Assembly: GCF_051903065.1 (NCBI RefSeq)
Contig: NZ_CP178440.1
Reading direction: 5' to 3' (one strand)
Source: Escherichia coli
GTDB lineage: Bacteria; Pseudomonadota; Gammaproteobacteria; Enterobacterales; Enterobacteriaceae
Length of the DNA stretch: 64,000 bases
Program-made: the position numbers and the translations under genes
Shown: positions 1 through 11,285 of the stretch, piece by piece
Position numbering within the stretch: position 1 is the first letter of the stretch
How the letters are laid out: every line of letters begins with the position of its first letter
Notes under the pieces: generated by a model
Told to the model about the DNA's origin: nothing
The model's database searches: none
What the model saw: the letters and a program-made list of their open reading frames with translations, nothing else

Positions 1-119
1 AGAACCAGGAACCACGGAGCTTATGGCCTGGTATGCGCAAGCGCAGGTGGGCGACAGCACTTTTGCCGTCTAAGGCGATAAACAAAAACGGAATGAGTTT
101 CCCCATTCCGTTTCCGCTA

Positions 120-1049
<930 letters not shown>

Positions 1050-1122
1050 TTACCTGAAGCGAGCCACAACGCGTCCGATTTTATGCTTCCGAAAGGCAAA
1101 TACGGACGTCGCCAGAATGAAA

Positions 1123-1364
1123 CCTAAATTCCACGTGTGTTTTTTATTAGCTTCAAAAATCACTATTTCACGAAGAATTTAGACTGCTTCTCACACATTG
1201 TAACATTATTTACAACCACCTTTCAATCATTTTTGATAAATCATTGATTTCATCTTTGCTGCAATGATACTTAATAAACTCTGCAAGTTATCCACAGAGC
1301 AACACTCAATTTTATTGATGATATTCTTATTATACCAGACATTTTTCATACACTCCCTTGTACG
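1123..1364 (-). mobile_element. Truncated ISEcp1 right end (IRR cctaaattccacgt at 1123-1136) supplying the outward promoter for bla; 127-bp spacer (996-1122) to the bla start; cut at 1364/1365 by IS26
   Basis: IRR motif read directly; spacer length counted from coordinates; 127-bp spacer is a known CTX-M-3/55 configuration. Confidence 0.75.
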
Positions 1365-2184
1365 GGCACTGTTGCAAAGTTAGCGATGAGGCAGCCTTTT
1401 GTCTTATTCAAAGGCCTTACATTTCAAAAACTCTGCTTACCAGGCGCATTTCGCCCAGGGGATCACCATAATAAAATGCTGAGGCCTGGCCTTTGCGTAG
1501 TGCACGCATCACCTCAATACCTTTGATGGTGGCGTAAGCCGTCTTCATGGATTTAAATCCCAGCGTGGCGTTGATTATCCGTTTCAGTTTGCCATGATCG
1601 CATTCAATCACGTTGTTCCGGTACTTAATCTGTCGGTGTTCAACGTCAGACGGGCACCGGCCTTCGCGTTTGAGCAGAGCAAGCGCGCGACCATAGGCGG
1701 GCGCTTTATCCGTGTTGATGAATCGCGGGATCTGCCACTTCTTCACGTTGTTGAGGATTTTACCCAGAAACCGGTATGCAGCTTTGCTGTTACGACGGGA
1801 GGAGAGATAAAAATCGACAGTGCGGCCCCGGCTGTCGACGGCCCGGTACAGATACGCCCAGCGGCCATTGACCTTCACGTAGGTTTCATCCATGTGCCAC
1901 GGGCAAAGATCGGAAGGGTTACGCCAGTACCAGCGCAGCCGTTTTTCCATTTCAGGCGCATAACGCTGAACCCAGCGGTAAATCGTGGAGTGATCGACAT
2001 TCACTCCGCGTTCAGCCAGCATCTCCTGCAGCTCACGGTAACTGATGCCGTATTTGCAGTACCAGCGTACGGCCCACAGAATGATGTCACGCTGAAAATG
2101 CCGGCCTTTGAATGGGTTCATGTGCAGCTCCATCAGCAAAAGGGGATGATAAGTTTATCACCACCGACTATTTGCAACAGTGCC
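1365..2184 (-). mobile_element. IS26 copy 1 (820 bp), 14-bp terminal inverted repeats ggcactgttgcaaa / tttgcaacagtgcc
   Basis: Exact terminal repeats at both ends; internal ORF is Tnp26; flanking 8-mers cttgtacg and tctcaaaa differ, so no target site duplication. Confidence 0.95.
1417..2121 (-). CDS. tnpA: IS26 transposase (DDE, IS6 family)
   Basis: ORF translation [31 protein letters not shown]... identical in all three IS26 copies; ORF-track start lies 6 codons upstream of the usual Met. Confidence 0.95.
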
Positions 2185-2252
2185 TCTCAAAATCGGTGGA
2201 GCTGCATGACAAAGTCATCGGGCATTATCTGAACATAAAACACTATCAATAA

Positions 2253-2765
2253 GTTGGAGTCATTACCAAACAGGGATTATTTATTCTCTCAGGCGAGAAT
2301 AAAATAGACGAAGAATGTTTCATTAATATAGTCCAAACGGCTGTCGCCATAAATAACATCGGTAGAGAATCTAATGGTTATATTTTAGTTGGTGTTTCCG
2401 ATACCAAAGCTACGGCAGACAGAGTTAAGACTTTATATGGTGTTACCCCTATTGAGTGCAATGGCTATTATATCAATGGAATTGATCATGAAGCTGTAAT
2501 TCAATCAAAAAACATAGATAATTACTTTCTGTTCATAAAACAAAAAATAGAATCATTTAATTTTAATGAGGCTTTGAAACAACAAATACTAAAAGATATT
2601 TCATTATGTTCATATGAAGGACTGCATGTTTTAAAAATCGAAATAAAAAGTGTCGGAGAAGTCTGTCATTTTGAAAATAGGTATTATATAAGACAAGGAA
2701 CAGCTACGCATTTAATCACTGACGGTGAAGCAATTAGTAGTTTACACAGATTATATTACTCATAA
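2253..2765 (+). CDS. Hypothetical protein with an AlbA_2/Schlafen-like motif pattern (FINIVQTAVAINNIGRESNGYILVGVSD); no in-frame ATG at the 5' end, possibly non-canonical start or 5'-truncated
   Basis: Open frame from stop at 2250-2252 to stop at 2763-2765, translated by hand; AT-rich codon usage unlike the backbone. Confidence 0.3.
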   Translation, partial: VGVITKQGLFILSGENKIDEECFINIVQTAVAINNIGRESNGYILVGVSDTKATADRVKTLYGVTPIECNGYYINGIDHEAVIQSKNIDNYFLFIKQKIESFNFNEALKQQILKDISLCSYEGLHVLKIEIKSVGEVCHFENRYYIRQGTATHLITDGEAISSLHRLYYS

Positions 2766-4062
2766 TTACTTAAGCACTATGAAGGTATCATACACCTTCA
2801 TAGTGTACTTTTTTACTGCGCTTTGGGGCTAAATTGTTTTTGTGAATAGCCAGAATATCGTGGCTACGGCGGCAATGGAAATATATGATCTCTGCTGCCA
2901 GAGACTGGAGATGTAATTGGGGGCAGTTTGGATATCGAAAATTATTGTACTATAAGGGGTCCGCTTGAGGGGGCCGCTTGGAAAACGGAAATTTTCCCAC
3001 GCTAAGAGAATTGAGTTGAACGAGTGGTTACATCTAGGCCAGCTAACTCACTGAACGTAAAGGCTGTACGAAATGTTCCGACCGTCCGATAACCATTTGG
3101 CTTACTTCCGTACATTTCCTTGCGTAGATGTACAGAATTGTACGATTTCGGACACCAAAACTGCTGTTGTCCCGGTGCATGAAGCTACTTTCCGGGTTGG
3201 TGGTACTGACTTTGGTGTTCTTAACGACGACGTTTTCAACTCTGAAAATCGCCTCTCTGCACGGGGATTTTTACCCCCCCATAGAGCCGTCATATAAATT
3301 CAAATTATTAACTTTGATGGTAGAATTATCTTAGGTTTGATAAAATTTTGAGCCGTCGCCGTTTACTTCACAGGATTCAATATAATGGCTAAATATACAG
3401 TTTGTGATTACCAATAAACTATTAGAAATAATGGGAATGGTTGTGCCAATCTCTATCTGGAGGTCTTATTGCAGGGAACATCCACCCCATCGTTACACCA
3501 ATACAGAATTGCCCCCGATACAAGACATCCAGACATTAACCTAATAAAAGCGCACCTTGACGAGGGCTTTCAGCAGGCAAAGTCTGAGGGATTAAAAGTA
3601 GAGATTTCAGATTATAAAGAACGTCTTTACCTGTACATTAGAACACCTGGTAATAACCTAATGCAATATTCTGGTTGCAGAGAAAAATAATACAGTCGCG
3701 CTGGATACTCTGACATTGACGCAGTTATATGATTTTCTGGCGTTGGTCAGTAAACCAGCTGCAGCCAGAACGGTGTAGTCCCTGACACAGGCGCCGGTCA
3801 TTCTGTTAACTCATCCACGTATGGGATGAACAGTTGTTTCAGTTTGAAACCAGGGATGCCAGACGGATTTTTGCTGGCGAGTACGAAATCCGTTACGAAC
3901 TTAATGGCCAGACTATTTATGTATTGCGCCTGTGACACACACGAGAAAACAGGTAGATTGTGTGTGAGGGCAACTTTAACATAGCCTGCAGGTGTTAATT
4001 CAGGAGCATTGTTATCAGACCAAATATTTTTCATTCCATTAAATAGTCTTGTAGGGGATAAA

Positions 4063-4344
4063 ATGAATTACGATGAAATAACGAAAATCACTGCAGAACG
4101 TATTAGCGACTACATGACTGAAGCGGTTAATACAGACTCTAAATCTGTTGCGGAAATGTTTCATAACGCTGCATGGGGAGTGCTATCATTGTGGTTTGAA
4201 CTCGTCACAAAAATAGATCTGGATATACATAAAAAGAACAGGTATGCAAGTTATGATTTTAGAAGAAAAATCGAAATGCAGCATGAAGAGTTTCAGAAAA
4301 TGACAGAGCGTGAGCAAGTGCCTTTATTGAAATTGCCTGAATAA
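4063..4344 (+). CDS. Hypothetical protein (93 aa), convergent with parR
   Basis: ORF with ATG at 4063; no family recognised. Confidence 0.4.
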
Positions 4345-4466
4345 CAGAGACAGTGCAAACGATTATTTCATAATAACGATTATGTAATGACTGGTAAGAA
4401 AATAACTTGATTGAGTTCCCTTTATCCAGCCTGATAGTGGATAAAGGGAACTCAATAATAATTGAA

Positions 4467-4820
4467 TTAATTTATTAGCTTCATCGCATTTTTTTTGGTC
4501 TCTTCATCACTTTTTTGCTCTTGTTGTGAAGAGGATTGAGTAACTATTGAAGAATTAAAATCGGCCATCTCTTTTGGAAATAGCGATCTCAATATATTCA
4601 CGATATCTGAAAATGTGGTTTCTTTCGTCAGCAGCTCACATAAAAGGAAAGGGGTCCGGGGATCTTGTCTGTATAAGGCCAGACCTGCCGTCAGTGCGGC
4701 CCGGTTAAGGCGGCTTCGTTCCCCTTGCGGGATACTGTCCAGTGTATCACAAACAATTTTATCTGTTTGATTTACATCTGGATTTAGTTTGAAGGCAATG
4801 GTTCTGCGCTTGTCCATCAT
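4467..4820 (-). CDS. parR: Plasmid partition adaptor ParR (StbB), type II partition system
   Basis: 117-aa ORF immediately downstream of and overlapping parM; matches R1/R100 ParR from memory. Confidence 0.8.
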   Translation of the reverse strand: MMDKRRTIAFKLNPDVNQTDKIVCDTLDSIPQGERSRLNRAALTAGLALYRQDPRTPFLLCELLTKETTFSDIVNILRSLFPKEMADFNSSIVTQSSSQQEQKSDEETKKNAMKLIN

Positions 4821-5782
4821 TAATTACCTATGAGATACATACCGTTAACTAAATCATATTGAGAGTTATTGGTTTTGAAAAAACGTTCATCACGAATCTG
4901 TGTGTGTTTTTTTACTGCATCGCATATTAATTCTGCGCCACCGCCTATAACCATAACATGAGTATAACCAGAAAATTCATTGAGCGTATTTAATACACGT
5001 TGCTCAAGTTTACGAAGTGCGTCATTCATTGCTTCGGTGACTATTGATATTTTGTTCTCATCATTAATTCGTTGCTTCAGATAGTTGTTGTCTTTTCTGT
5101 GAATAATTATATCGTCAGCAAGATAGCTACTTCCTTTTGTTCTCGCAAGAGAAAGTGCATCTTTTACTGCAGATGTGACCAGAGATACACCAAGAGATGA
5201 GTCTCCGTATATTTTACTGATCCCCGATAATTTCCCCATTACCTGAGAAATATCTAATGTGGTGCCCCCGAGATCTATAATTAATAAAGAATCTAACTCA
5301 TCCAGTTCTTGTAGAACTTCATAACCTGCCGGTATAGATTCAGGCATGACTTTTACATCTTTTATTGTGAATGTATCCCCACCATTTAATGTAATTTTTT
5401 TCCGGAAGTTTGCTTTCTTACGCTCAATATTTTCCGTATTGGGTTGGTTATTTCTGTCGTAATACTCTGTCAGAGGAAGTGTGCAAACAATATCCACTTC
5501 GCTTACCGGCAGACCACTGGTCAGTAAGGCGTGGTGCACCGCAACGACATTAACGTCGCTGTATTGCCATGCGATATTGGTTGTGACTACAGCATCCGGG
5601 CTGATTGGATCAAATGAATACTGTTCGCCGTTCAGTGTGTAGTTAAAGACCTTTTTATCACCAAAAGAGACTGCCCACTCGCGTTTGAAGCTGTTCGGGC
5701 TAATGTGCTGTTTAATTGTTCCGTCGTTTTCCTGCCACTGTAGTTTGATGTTTGTTGAACCGTCATCAATGAATACCAACAT
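4820..5782 (-). CDS. parM: Actin-like segregation ATPase ParM (StbA)
   Basis: 320-aa [20 protein letters not shown]... with DLGGTTLD phosphate-binding motif; near-identical to R1 ParM as recalled. Confidence 0.9.
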   Translation of the reverse strand: MLVFIDDGSTNIKLQWQENDGTIKQHISPNSFKREWAVSFGDKKVFNYTLNGEQYSFDPISPDAVVTTNIAWQYSDVNVVAVHHALLTSGLPVSEVDIVCTLPLTEYYDRNNQPNTENIERKKANFRKKITLNGGDTFTIKDVKVMPESIPAGYEVLQELDELDSLLIIDLGGTTLDISQVMGKLSGISKIYGDSSLGVSLVTSAVKDALSLARTKGSSYLADDIIIHRKDNNYLKQRINDENKISIVTEAMNDALRKLEQRVLNTLNEFSGYTHVMVIGGGAELICDAVKKHTQIRDERFFKTNNSQYDLVNGMYLIGN

Positions 5783-5960
5783 TTATAAAACTCCTTATGG
5801 TGTTTTTTTGGTGTGTGTTTGGGTATGTTTTGGGTTTTAAGTGGGTTTATTTGTCAAGTTTACCCCATTTTAACCATCAATCAATGATTATTTGTCTTGT
5901 TTTGGTGTTTTATTGGGTTGGGTGTGGGTTGTTTTTGGGTTTTGTTTGGCGGGTAACAAA
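5783..5960. promoter_or_regulatory. parC-like centromere/promoter region upstream of parM (GT-rich short direct repeats)
   Basis: Repeated ttttgg / gggtt(t) units on both sides of the presumed promoter, position relative to parM. Confidence 0.5.
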
Positions 5961-6295
5961 AGATGTCGCCGGGCTCCTCTTTTTACTGCGCCGGCTGACG
6001 CGGCGCGGCAGGAACGCTGCCTGTGGTCAGTGTCCCGCGTCCGGCGGGCACGGGACGGGCGCTTTTACCGCTCCCGGCTGGCGTCAGTGACAGTGTACGC
6101 CAGCCAGTCGCCCTTTCTGATGAACGCCCTTCAAGCCGCTTTCGCGGCATAGCCTTGCCGTCAAACAGACGACGGCTGCGGTATTCCACGGTCGGCCTGA
6201 CCCGTTACCGGACGCGGTGAACAGCCCACAGGCAGCGGGGAACGGGCACCACAGGGGTGCCCTCCCGGTGCCCTCTGTAAGAGAAGGAGGCTTTT

Positions 6296-6979
6296 ATGTC
6301 CCGTTTTATCCTGGGTGACTGCGTGCGAGTTATGGCCACGTTTCCGGACAATGCTGTCGATTTCATCCTCACCGACCCGCCGTATCTCGTCGGTTTCCGT
6401 GACCGTTCCGGGCGCACCATTGCCGGTGACGTTAACGATGACTGGCTGCAACCTGCCAGTAATGAGATGTACCGCGTACTCAAAAAAGACGCGCTGATGG
6501 TGAGTTTCTATGGCTGGAACCGTATTGACCGCTTTATGGCAGCCTGGAAACGCGCCGGATTCAGCGTTGTAGGGCATCTCGTCTTCACCAAAAACTACAC
6601 ATCGAAGGCCGCATATGTGGGCTATCGCCACGAATGCGCCTATATCCTGGCAAAAGGCCGTCCACGTCTGCCACAAAACCCGCTGCCGGACGTGCTGGGC
6701 TGGAAATATTCAGGCAACCGCCATCACCCGACGGAAAAGCCTGTTACCAGCCTGCAACCACTGATTGAGAGCTTCACACACCCGAACGCGATTGTGCTGG
6801 ACCCGTTTGCAGGCAGCGGCTCAACCTGCGTCGCCGCCCTTCAGTCCGGACGCCGGTATATCGGTATCGAGCTGCTTGAACAGTATCACCGTGCCGGACA
6901 GCAACGACTGGCCGCCGTGCAACGGGCCATGCAGCAGGGGGCCGCGAATGATAACTGGTTTGAACCGGAGGCTGCGTAA
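6296..6979 (+). CDS. Orphan DNA methyltransferase, beta-class (DPPY motif near N-terminus, FAGSGST AdoMet motif near C-terminus), N6-adenine or N4-cytosine
   Basis: Motif order IV then I read in translation; no adjacent restriction endonuclease gene. Confidence 0.75.
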   Translation: MSRFILGDCVRVMATFPDNAVDFILTDPPYLVGFRDRSGRTIAGDVNDDWLQPASNEMYRVLKKDALMVSFYGWNRIDRFMAAWKRAGFSVVGHLVFTKNYTSKAAYVGYRHECAYILAKGRPRLPQNPLPDVLGWKYSGNRHHPTEKPVTSLQPLIESFTHPNAIVLDPFAGSGSTCVAALQSGRRYIGIELLEQYHRAGQQRLAAVQRAMQQGAANDNWFEPEAA

Positions 6980-7201
6980 ATGAACTATGCCGGACACGAA
7001 AAACTTCGCGCCGACGTGGCGGAGGTGGCCAACACCATGTGTGACCTTCGGGCCAGGCTGAACGATATGGAGCATCGCTGTCGCTTTGATTCCGATGTGC
7101 TTGTTGAACGCCTGACACGCCAGACGCTGTATCGCGCCAATCGCCTGTTTATGGAGGCGTATACCGAAATTCTGGAACTGGATTCCTGCTTCAAAGATTG
7201 A
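6980..7201 (+). CDS. Hypothetical small protein (73 aa), start overlaps methyltransferase stop (taaATG)
   Basis: ORF; translational coupling geometry. Confidence 0.4.
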   Translation: MNYAGHEKLRADVAEVANTMCDLRARLNDMEHRCRFDSDVLVERLTRQTLYRANRLFMEAYTEILELDSCFKD

Positions 7202-7214
7202 GAAGGAGACGAGA

Positions 7215-7649
7215 ATGTACGGAACATGCGAAACGCTCTGCCGGGAGCTGGCAGCGCAGTATCCGGGAGACGCGCCGCTGATGCTGGTTGTCTGGTCCCC
7301 GGAAGAGATCCAGGCCCTCGCTGACGGAATGGATATTTCCCTGTCCGATCATGAAATCAGGACCGTCCTGGCGCGCCTGGAGGACATCCCGGAAGACCAG
7401 CGAATTGAGTCCGGTATTTCTTCCGCCGCGGCGATGGAGATTATCAGCAACGTGAGCGAAAACCGCCAGGTGACCGTTCCGGCTGAACTGCTGGCGTCCC
7501 TGATTCAGACCGCTGAACAGGCATTGTGGAAACGTGAATGGGCCGCCCGGGATCATGGCCTCGCCGTCCCGGAATGCGTCACCCGCCGTCAGGCGGTGGT
7601 TAATCAGGCCCGCACCCTGCTGAAAAACAACACACGCGAAAACGACTGA
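7215..7649 (+). CDS. Hypothetical leading-region protein (144 aa)
   Basis: ORF with RBS gaaggagacgagaATG; conserved-hypothetical of IncF leading regions as far as I recall. Confidence 0.5.
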   Translation: MYGTCETLCRELAAQYPGDAPLMLVVWSPEEIQALADGMDISLSDHEIRTVLARLEDIPEDQRIESGISSAAAMEIISNVSENRQVTVPAELLASLIQTAEQALWKREWAARDHGLAVPECVTRRQAVVNQARTLLKNNTREND

Positions 7650-7693
7650 TGTTATCGCCGCCTGCGGGCGGCGATTCAGGGAGACCATGAATC

Positions 7694-8464
7694 ATGAACG
7701 AAACGCTGAATGCACTGATTTGTCGCCACGCCCGTAACCTGCTGCTGGCGCAGGGCTGGCCGGAAGAGACGGATGTTGACCAGCGAAATCCGAACCATCC
7801 GGGCTGGATCAGCATTTACGTGCGGCTGGATGCGCCCCGGCTGGCGACATTACTCGTTAACCGCCACGATGGCGTGCTGCCGCCGCACCTGGCCTCCGCC
7901 ATTCAGAAACTGACCGGAACCGGGGCGGAGCTGGTACTGTCCGGCAGTCAGTGGCAGTCGCTGCCGGTACTTCCGGCAGACGGAACGCAGGTGTCTTTCC
8001 CGTATGCCGGTGAGTGGCTGGCAGAGGACGAAATCAGGGCAGTTCTTGATGCGGTACGCGATGCAGTACGCTGTGTCAGTTACCAGGTGGCAGAAGATAC
8101 GCGGCGTATCCGGGCGGCGCTGACCACAACCGGTCAGACGTTACTGACCCGCCAGACGCGCCGCTTTCGCCTGGTTGTGAAGGAAAGCGATCACCCCTGC
8201 TGGCTCGATGAGGACGACGAAAACCTGCCCGTGGTGCTCGATGCCATCCTGAACCGGGGCGCACGTTTTTCGTCGGTGGAAATGTATCTGGTCAGTGAGT
8301 GTATTGAGCATATCCTGTCCAGTGGGCTGGCCTGCGATGTGCTGCGTATACCGGATGAACCGCCCCGCCGCTGGTTTGACCGTGGTGTTCTGCGGGAGGT
8401 GGTCCGGGAAGCCCGGACCGAAATCCGCAGCATGGCGGATGCCCTGGCAAAAATCCGGAAATGA
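7694..8464 (+). CDS. Hypothetical leading-region protein (256 aa)
   Basis: ORF; no recognised motif. Confidence 0.5.
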   Translation: MNETLNALICRHARNLLLAQGWPEETDVDQRNPNHPGWISIYVRLDAPRLATLLVNRHDGVLPPHLASAIQKLTGTGAELVLSGSQWQSLPVLPADGTQVSFPYAGEWLAEDEIRAVLDAVRDAVRCVSYQVAEDTRRIRAALTTTGQTLLTRQTRRFRLVVKESDHPCWLDEDDENLPVVLDAILNRGARFSSVEMYLVSECIEHILSSGLACDVLRIPDEPPRRWFDRGVLREVVREARTEIRSMADALAKIRK

Positions 8465-8879
8465 TGACACTGGCGGGGTAAATCCCCGCCTTTTTCCTGC
8501 CGGTCCCCGGACAGAGCACAAAGGAAGTCGCCGCCGGCTCCGCTTTACCCGGCCATGCAGAGCATGGCCTTGTGGTTTTTCAGTTATGTGGCCTCAGCGT
8601 CGTGTGCGGGCTGTGCCGTGCCTCCATCTTAGCCGGGCTGGCGTTGATGCAAGGGTACGCTTCGCCGCTGCGGTCACCCGGTCCCTCCTTCCCGTCTGCC
8701 GTGATTTTCCGGTCGTTCGCCCGCTCAGGTTTCGCGGCCTCACCCTGCAACTCCCGCCAGCCGTGTGCGTCAGGCTGCGGCTTCCCTTGCGCCCCTGCAT
8801 CCCCGCCTTATCGCCCGGCTTTTATGGAGGCACGGCACCGCCCGGTGTCGCGGAATATGTGAACAACGGAGGAAATCCC

Positions 8880-9305
8880 ATGCAGTATGCGAAACCTGTC
8901 ACTCTGAACGTTGAAGAGTGCGACCGTCTCTCCTTTCTGCCTTACCTGTTTGGCAACGATTTTCTGTATGCCGAGGCGTATGTGTACGCGCTGGCGCAAA
9001 AAATGATGCCGGAATATCAGGGCGGCTTCTGGCACTTCATCCGCCTGCCGGACGGTGGCGGTTACATGATGCCGGATGGCGACCGTTTCCACATGGTGAA
9101 CGGTGCAAACTGGTTTGACCGTACCGTGAGTGCTGATGCCGCAGGCATCATCCTGACCTCCCTTGTGATTAACCGCCAGTTGTGGCTGTACCACGACAGC
9201 GGGGATGCAGGACTGACCCAGCTTTACCGGATGCGCGATGCGCAGTTGTGGCGTCACATCGAATTTCACCCCGAATGCAACGCGATTTACGCGGCTCTGG
9301 ACTGA
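8880..9305 (+). CDS. Antirestriction protein, KlcA/ArdB family
   Basis: 141-aa protein from ATG 8880 (RBS aacggagg); DRLSFLP and [15 protein letters not shown] segments resemble KlcA; the 336-aa ORF-track version is an N-terminal over-extension through GC-rich non-coding DNA. Confidence 0.7.
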   Translation: MQYAKPVTLNVEECDRLSFLPYLFGNDFLYAEAYVYALAQKMMPEYQGGFWHFIRLPDGGGYMMPDGDRFHMVNGANWFDRTVSADAAGIILTSLVINRQLWLYHDSGDAGLTQLYRMRDAQLWRHIEFHPECNAIYAALD

Positions 9306-9351
9306 TTAACGGACGGGGCGGCAATGCCGCCCCTGTAAAGGAGACGAGAAC

Positions 9352-9774
9352 ATGTACTGTACTGTTAAAGAAATCATCCGCGATGTACTGGATACAGACG
9401 TGCCGGACAGTGAATGTGTTTTTGCCGTGGTGCTGACCCGTGGGGATGTGCGTCACATAGCCCAGGACTGGAACCTGTCAGACGATGAGCTGGAAACCGT
9501 CATGCAGCGGCTGGACGATGCCTTTGAGCATGGTGCGGATGTCAGCGTTGTTCACGACGTTGTTCGTGAACTGATGGAAGAAAAGCGCGCCAGCCGTCAT
9601 GTGACAGTCCCGGCGGTGATGCTGGAAAAAGTGATGGCGCTGGCAGGCAGTGAAATGAAGCGCCTGTATGCCGTCGGGAGTGAGAACGGGGGCGACGGTG
9701 ACGCATTCGTCAGGGAGGAACGCGAAGCAATGGACGTTGTGTTACAGGCGCTGGACGGGGAGACGATGTCATGA
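9352..9774 (+). CDS. Hypothetical leading-region protein (140 aa), acidic C-terminus
   Basis: ORF with RBS aaaggagacgagaacATG. Confidence 0.5.
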   Translation: MYCTVKEIIRDVLDTDVPDSECVFAVVLTRGDVRHIAQDWNLSDDELETVMQRLDDAFEHGADVSVVHDVVRELMEEKRASRHVTVPAVMLEKVMALAGSEMKRLYAVGSENGGDGDAFVREEREAMDVVLQALDGETMS

Positions 9775-9962
9775 ATATCAGCACAGAAACCCGCGAAATT
9801 CTGCGTAATTACAGGGCCGTGATTAATGCGCGGCGTCGTGAAATGGGGCAGAAACCGCTCACCACCGCGCAGATTGTTGATGAAATCTGCGATTTTGTGG
9901 CGAATCAGCAGGCGGTTTTCCTGGGCGGTCACTACATCTTACAGGGCAGCAGAAACAGGTGA
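9771..9962 (+). CDS. Hypothetical small protein (63 aa), start overlaps upstream stop
   Basis: ORF; ATGA overlap with preceding gene. Confidence 0.4.
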   Translation: MNISTETREILRNYRAVINARRREMGQKPLTTAQIVDEICDFVANQQAVFLGGHYILQGSRNR

Positions 9963-10155
9963 TACAGGGGCAGGCGGTGGAGGCCGCCTGTCAGCCCGCG
10001 CGAAAACCCCTGGCAGGCTGACGCCTGCCGGAAGGGAAGCGGGCCACGCTGGCGCGTCGCCCGTTACCCTTCCCGTCTGTGATGTGTCTGACTCAGGAGT
10101 GTTTCTTTCTTATGTTGCGGAACTGTTCCTGATGTTGTTGTTGTTCCTTTATCTG

Positions 10156-10763
10156 CTGCTCTGATTCTGACTACTGCAGTGTTGTTCTGTCTGCCGGGCG
10201 CACCTTCGGCTCCCGGCTGCCTGGCGGCATCCGGTCGTCAGGCCCGACTCCGACAGGCAGCTGCTGGCGCACCTGCCAGTCTCCGCCGAACCCGCTGGCG
10301 CGGCTTCGGGCTGCCGCTACGGTCCGATGCGTGAAAACCCCGGGCTTGCAGCGACCGTTCCGGTCGCGCCGCCTCTGTCGCGCCGTGGCCTGCGCTCCTG
10401 GCATCCCGGCAAAAGGCCGCCGGGATGTAAGGGGCAACGCCGTTTCGCGCACGCGCTCTCCGTCGTTGCGGCGGGTCCCTGCTCATTGCCTGCCGGGTGC
10501 CACACACCCGTATGAGTCCCTGTCGCCGGGGGCTGATACAGCCACAACCTGCCGCACTGACTGTCCAGGGTAAATGAACAGCCCACAAAATTTTTTACCC
10601 AAAACCCGGTAAAAAATTTTGCGTTCTGCCCAGGACAGGTGCGTCAGGCCGTGGCAGTGATGCCCCTTGCGGCGAAGGTTCTCAAACGGGTGAAGTTCAT
10701 ACCACAGGGAATACAGCAGCAGGTTCCCGCGAAACGTCAAAACCGCGGCTCCCGAAACTCAAC
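10156..10763 (+). promoter_or_regulatory. Frpo/ssi-like structured repeat, copy A (candidate single-strand promoter / priming element)
   Basis: About 608 bp sharing long identical blocks with copies B and C; contains a 14-bp perfect inverted repeat at 10585-10598 / 10608-10621; ORFs called inside on both strands are artefacts. Confidence 0.65.
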
Positions 10764-11003
10764 GGGTGATGTTCTTTAAAAATCAGGATTTATTTCAGGC
10801 TCCGGCAATACGCATTTATTTGTTCTGTCAGTCATCCGGCTGGCAGGTAATGAGAACGCAGGAACAGAAGGAGGAAAACACCGTAGAACGTCAGACGCAG
10901 ATATGAAAAAAGCAGGTCAGGGACCTGCTTAATCCACGCCGTAAGAATTGCGCAACCAATTTTGACGGCATTGTTAACCAATTTGTCATAAGGAGTTTCA
11001 TTT

Positions 11004-11234
11004 ATGACAGTAAGTATTGTTTCACCTTCCGCAGCGGCTGTAAAGCCCCGCCGTCATCCCCGTTTCAGACGCGAAGACATCCCCGCGCCGGAAATTGACC
11101 CCGTGCTGAAAGCCTTCGGGCGACACATTGCCCGGAGTTTTCACCGGGGGCGTGGTGTACACATCCCCGCCATGAAAAACACGGCCTTCGGGCAGGTGCT
11201 CCGCACACTCGAACTGAAACGCGCTTTTAACTGA
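11004..11234 (+). CDS. Hypothetical small basic protein (76 aa) first gene after repeat copy A
   Basis: ORF with RBS aaggag 9 nt upstream of ATG. Confidence 0.4.
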   Translation: MTVSIVSPSAAAVKPRRHPRFRREDIPAPEIDPVLKAFGRHIARSFHRGRGVHIPAMKNTAFGQVLRTLELKRAFN

Positions 11235-11285
11235 TGAGGTGAGCCGCCCCGCGAGGGGCGGCAACAGACGGAAGGAGAACATTTT

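Noticed and set aside
1-119. Sequence downstream of bla considered as the orf477 remnant usually found 3' of blaCTX-M-1-group genes
   Set aside because: Plausible from context, but I cannot verify the sequence from memory, so it is not listed as a feature.
1594-2232. Antisense ORFs inside each IS26 copy (also 15508-16182 and 19772-20512)
   Set aside because: Shadow frames opposite the transposase gene; IS26 encodes a single transposase.
3469-4034. Short ORFs 3469-3690 (+) and 3798-4034 (-) considered as integrase or transposase fragments
   Set aside because: Vague resemblance only, non-ATG start for the first, and no recognisable catalytic motifs; left as unassigned debris in the orphan segment.
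6161-6676. 171-aa minus-strand ORF overlapping the first methyltransferase
   Set aside because: Antisense to a gene with clear methyltransferase motifs; no RBS.
8295-9305. 336-aa ORF spanning the GC-rich intergenic region and the antirestriction gene
   Set aside because: The N-terminal 195 codons are Arg/Pro/Cys-rich low-complexity translation of GC-rich DNA; a strong RBS and ATG at 8880 give the expected 141-aa protein.
10171-10740. Multiple overlapping ORFs on both strands inside repeat copy A (and the equivalent ORFs at 13480-14090 and 23959-24569)
   Set aside because: They lie in GC-rich repeated non-coding DNA, overlap each other in several frames, lack RBSs, and recur because the DNA is repeated; interpreted as structured regulatory repeats, not genes.
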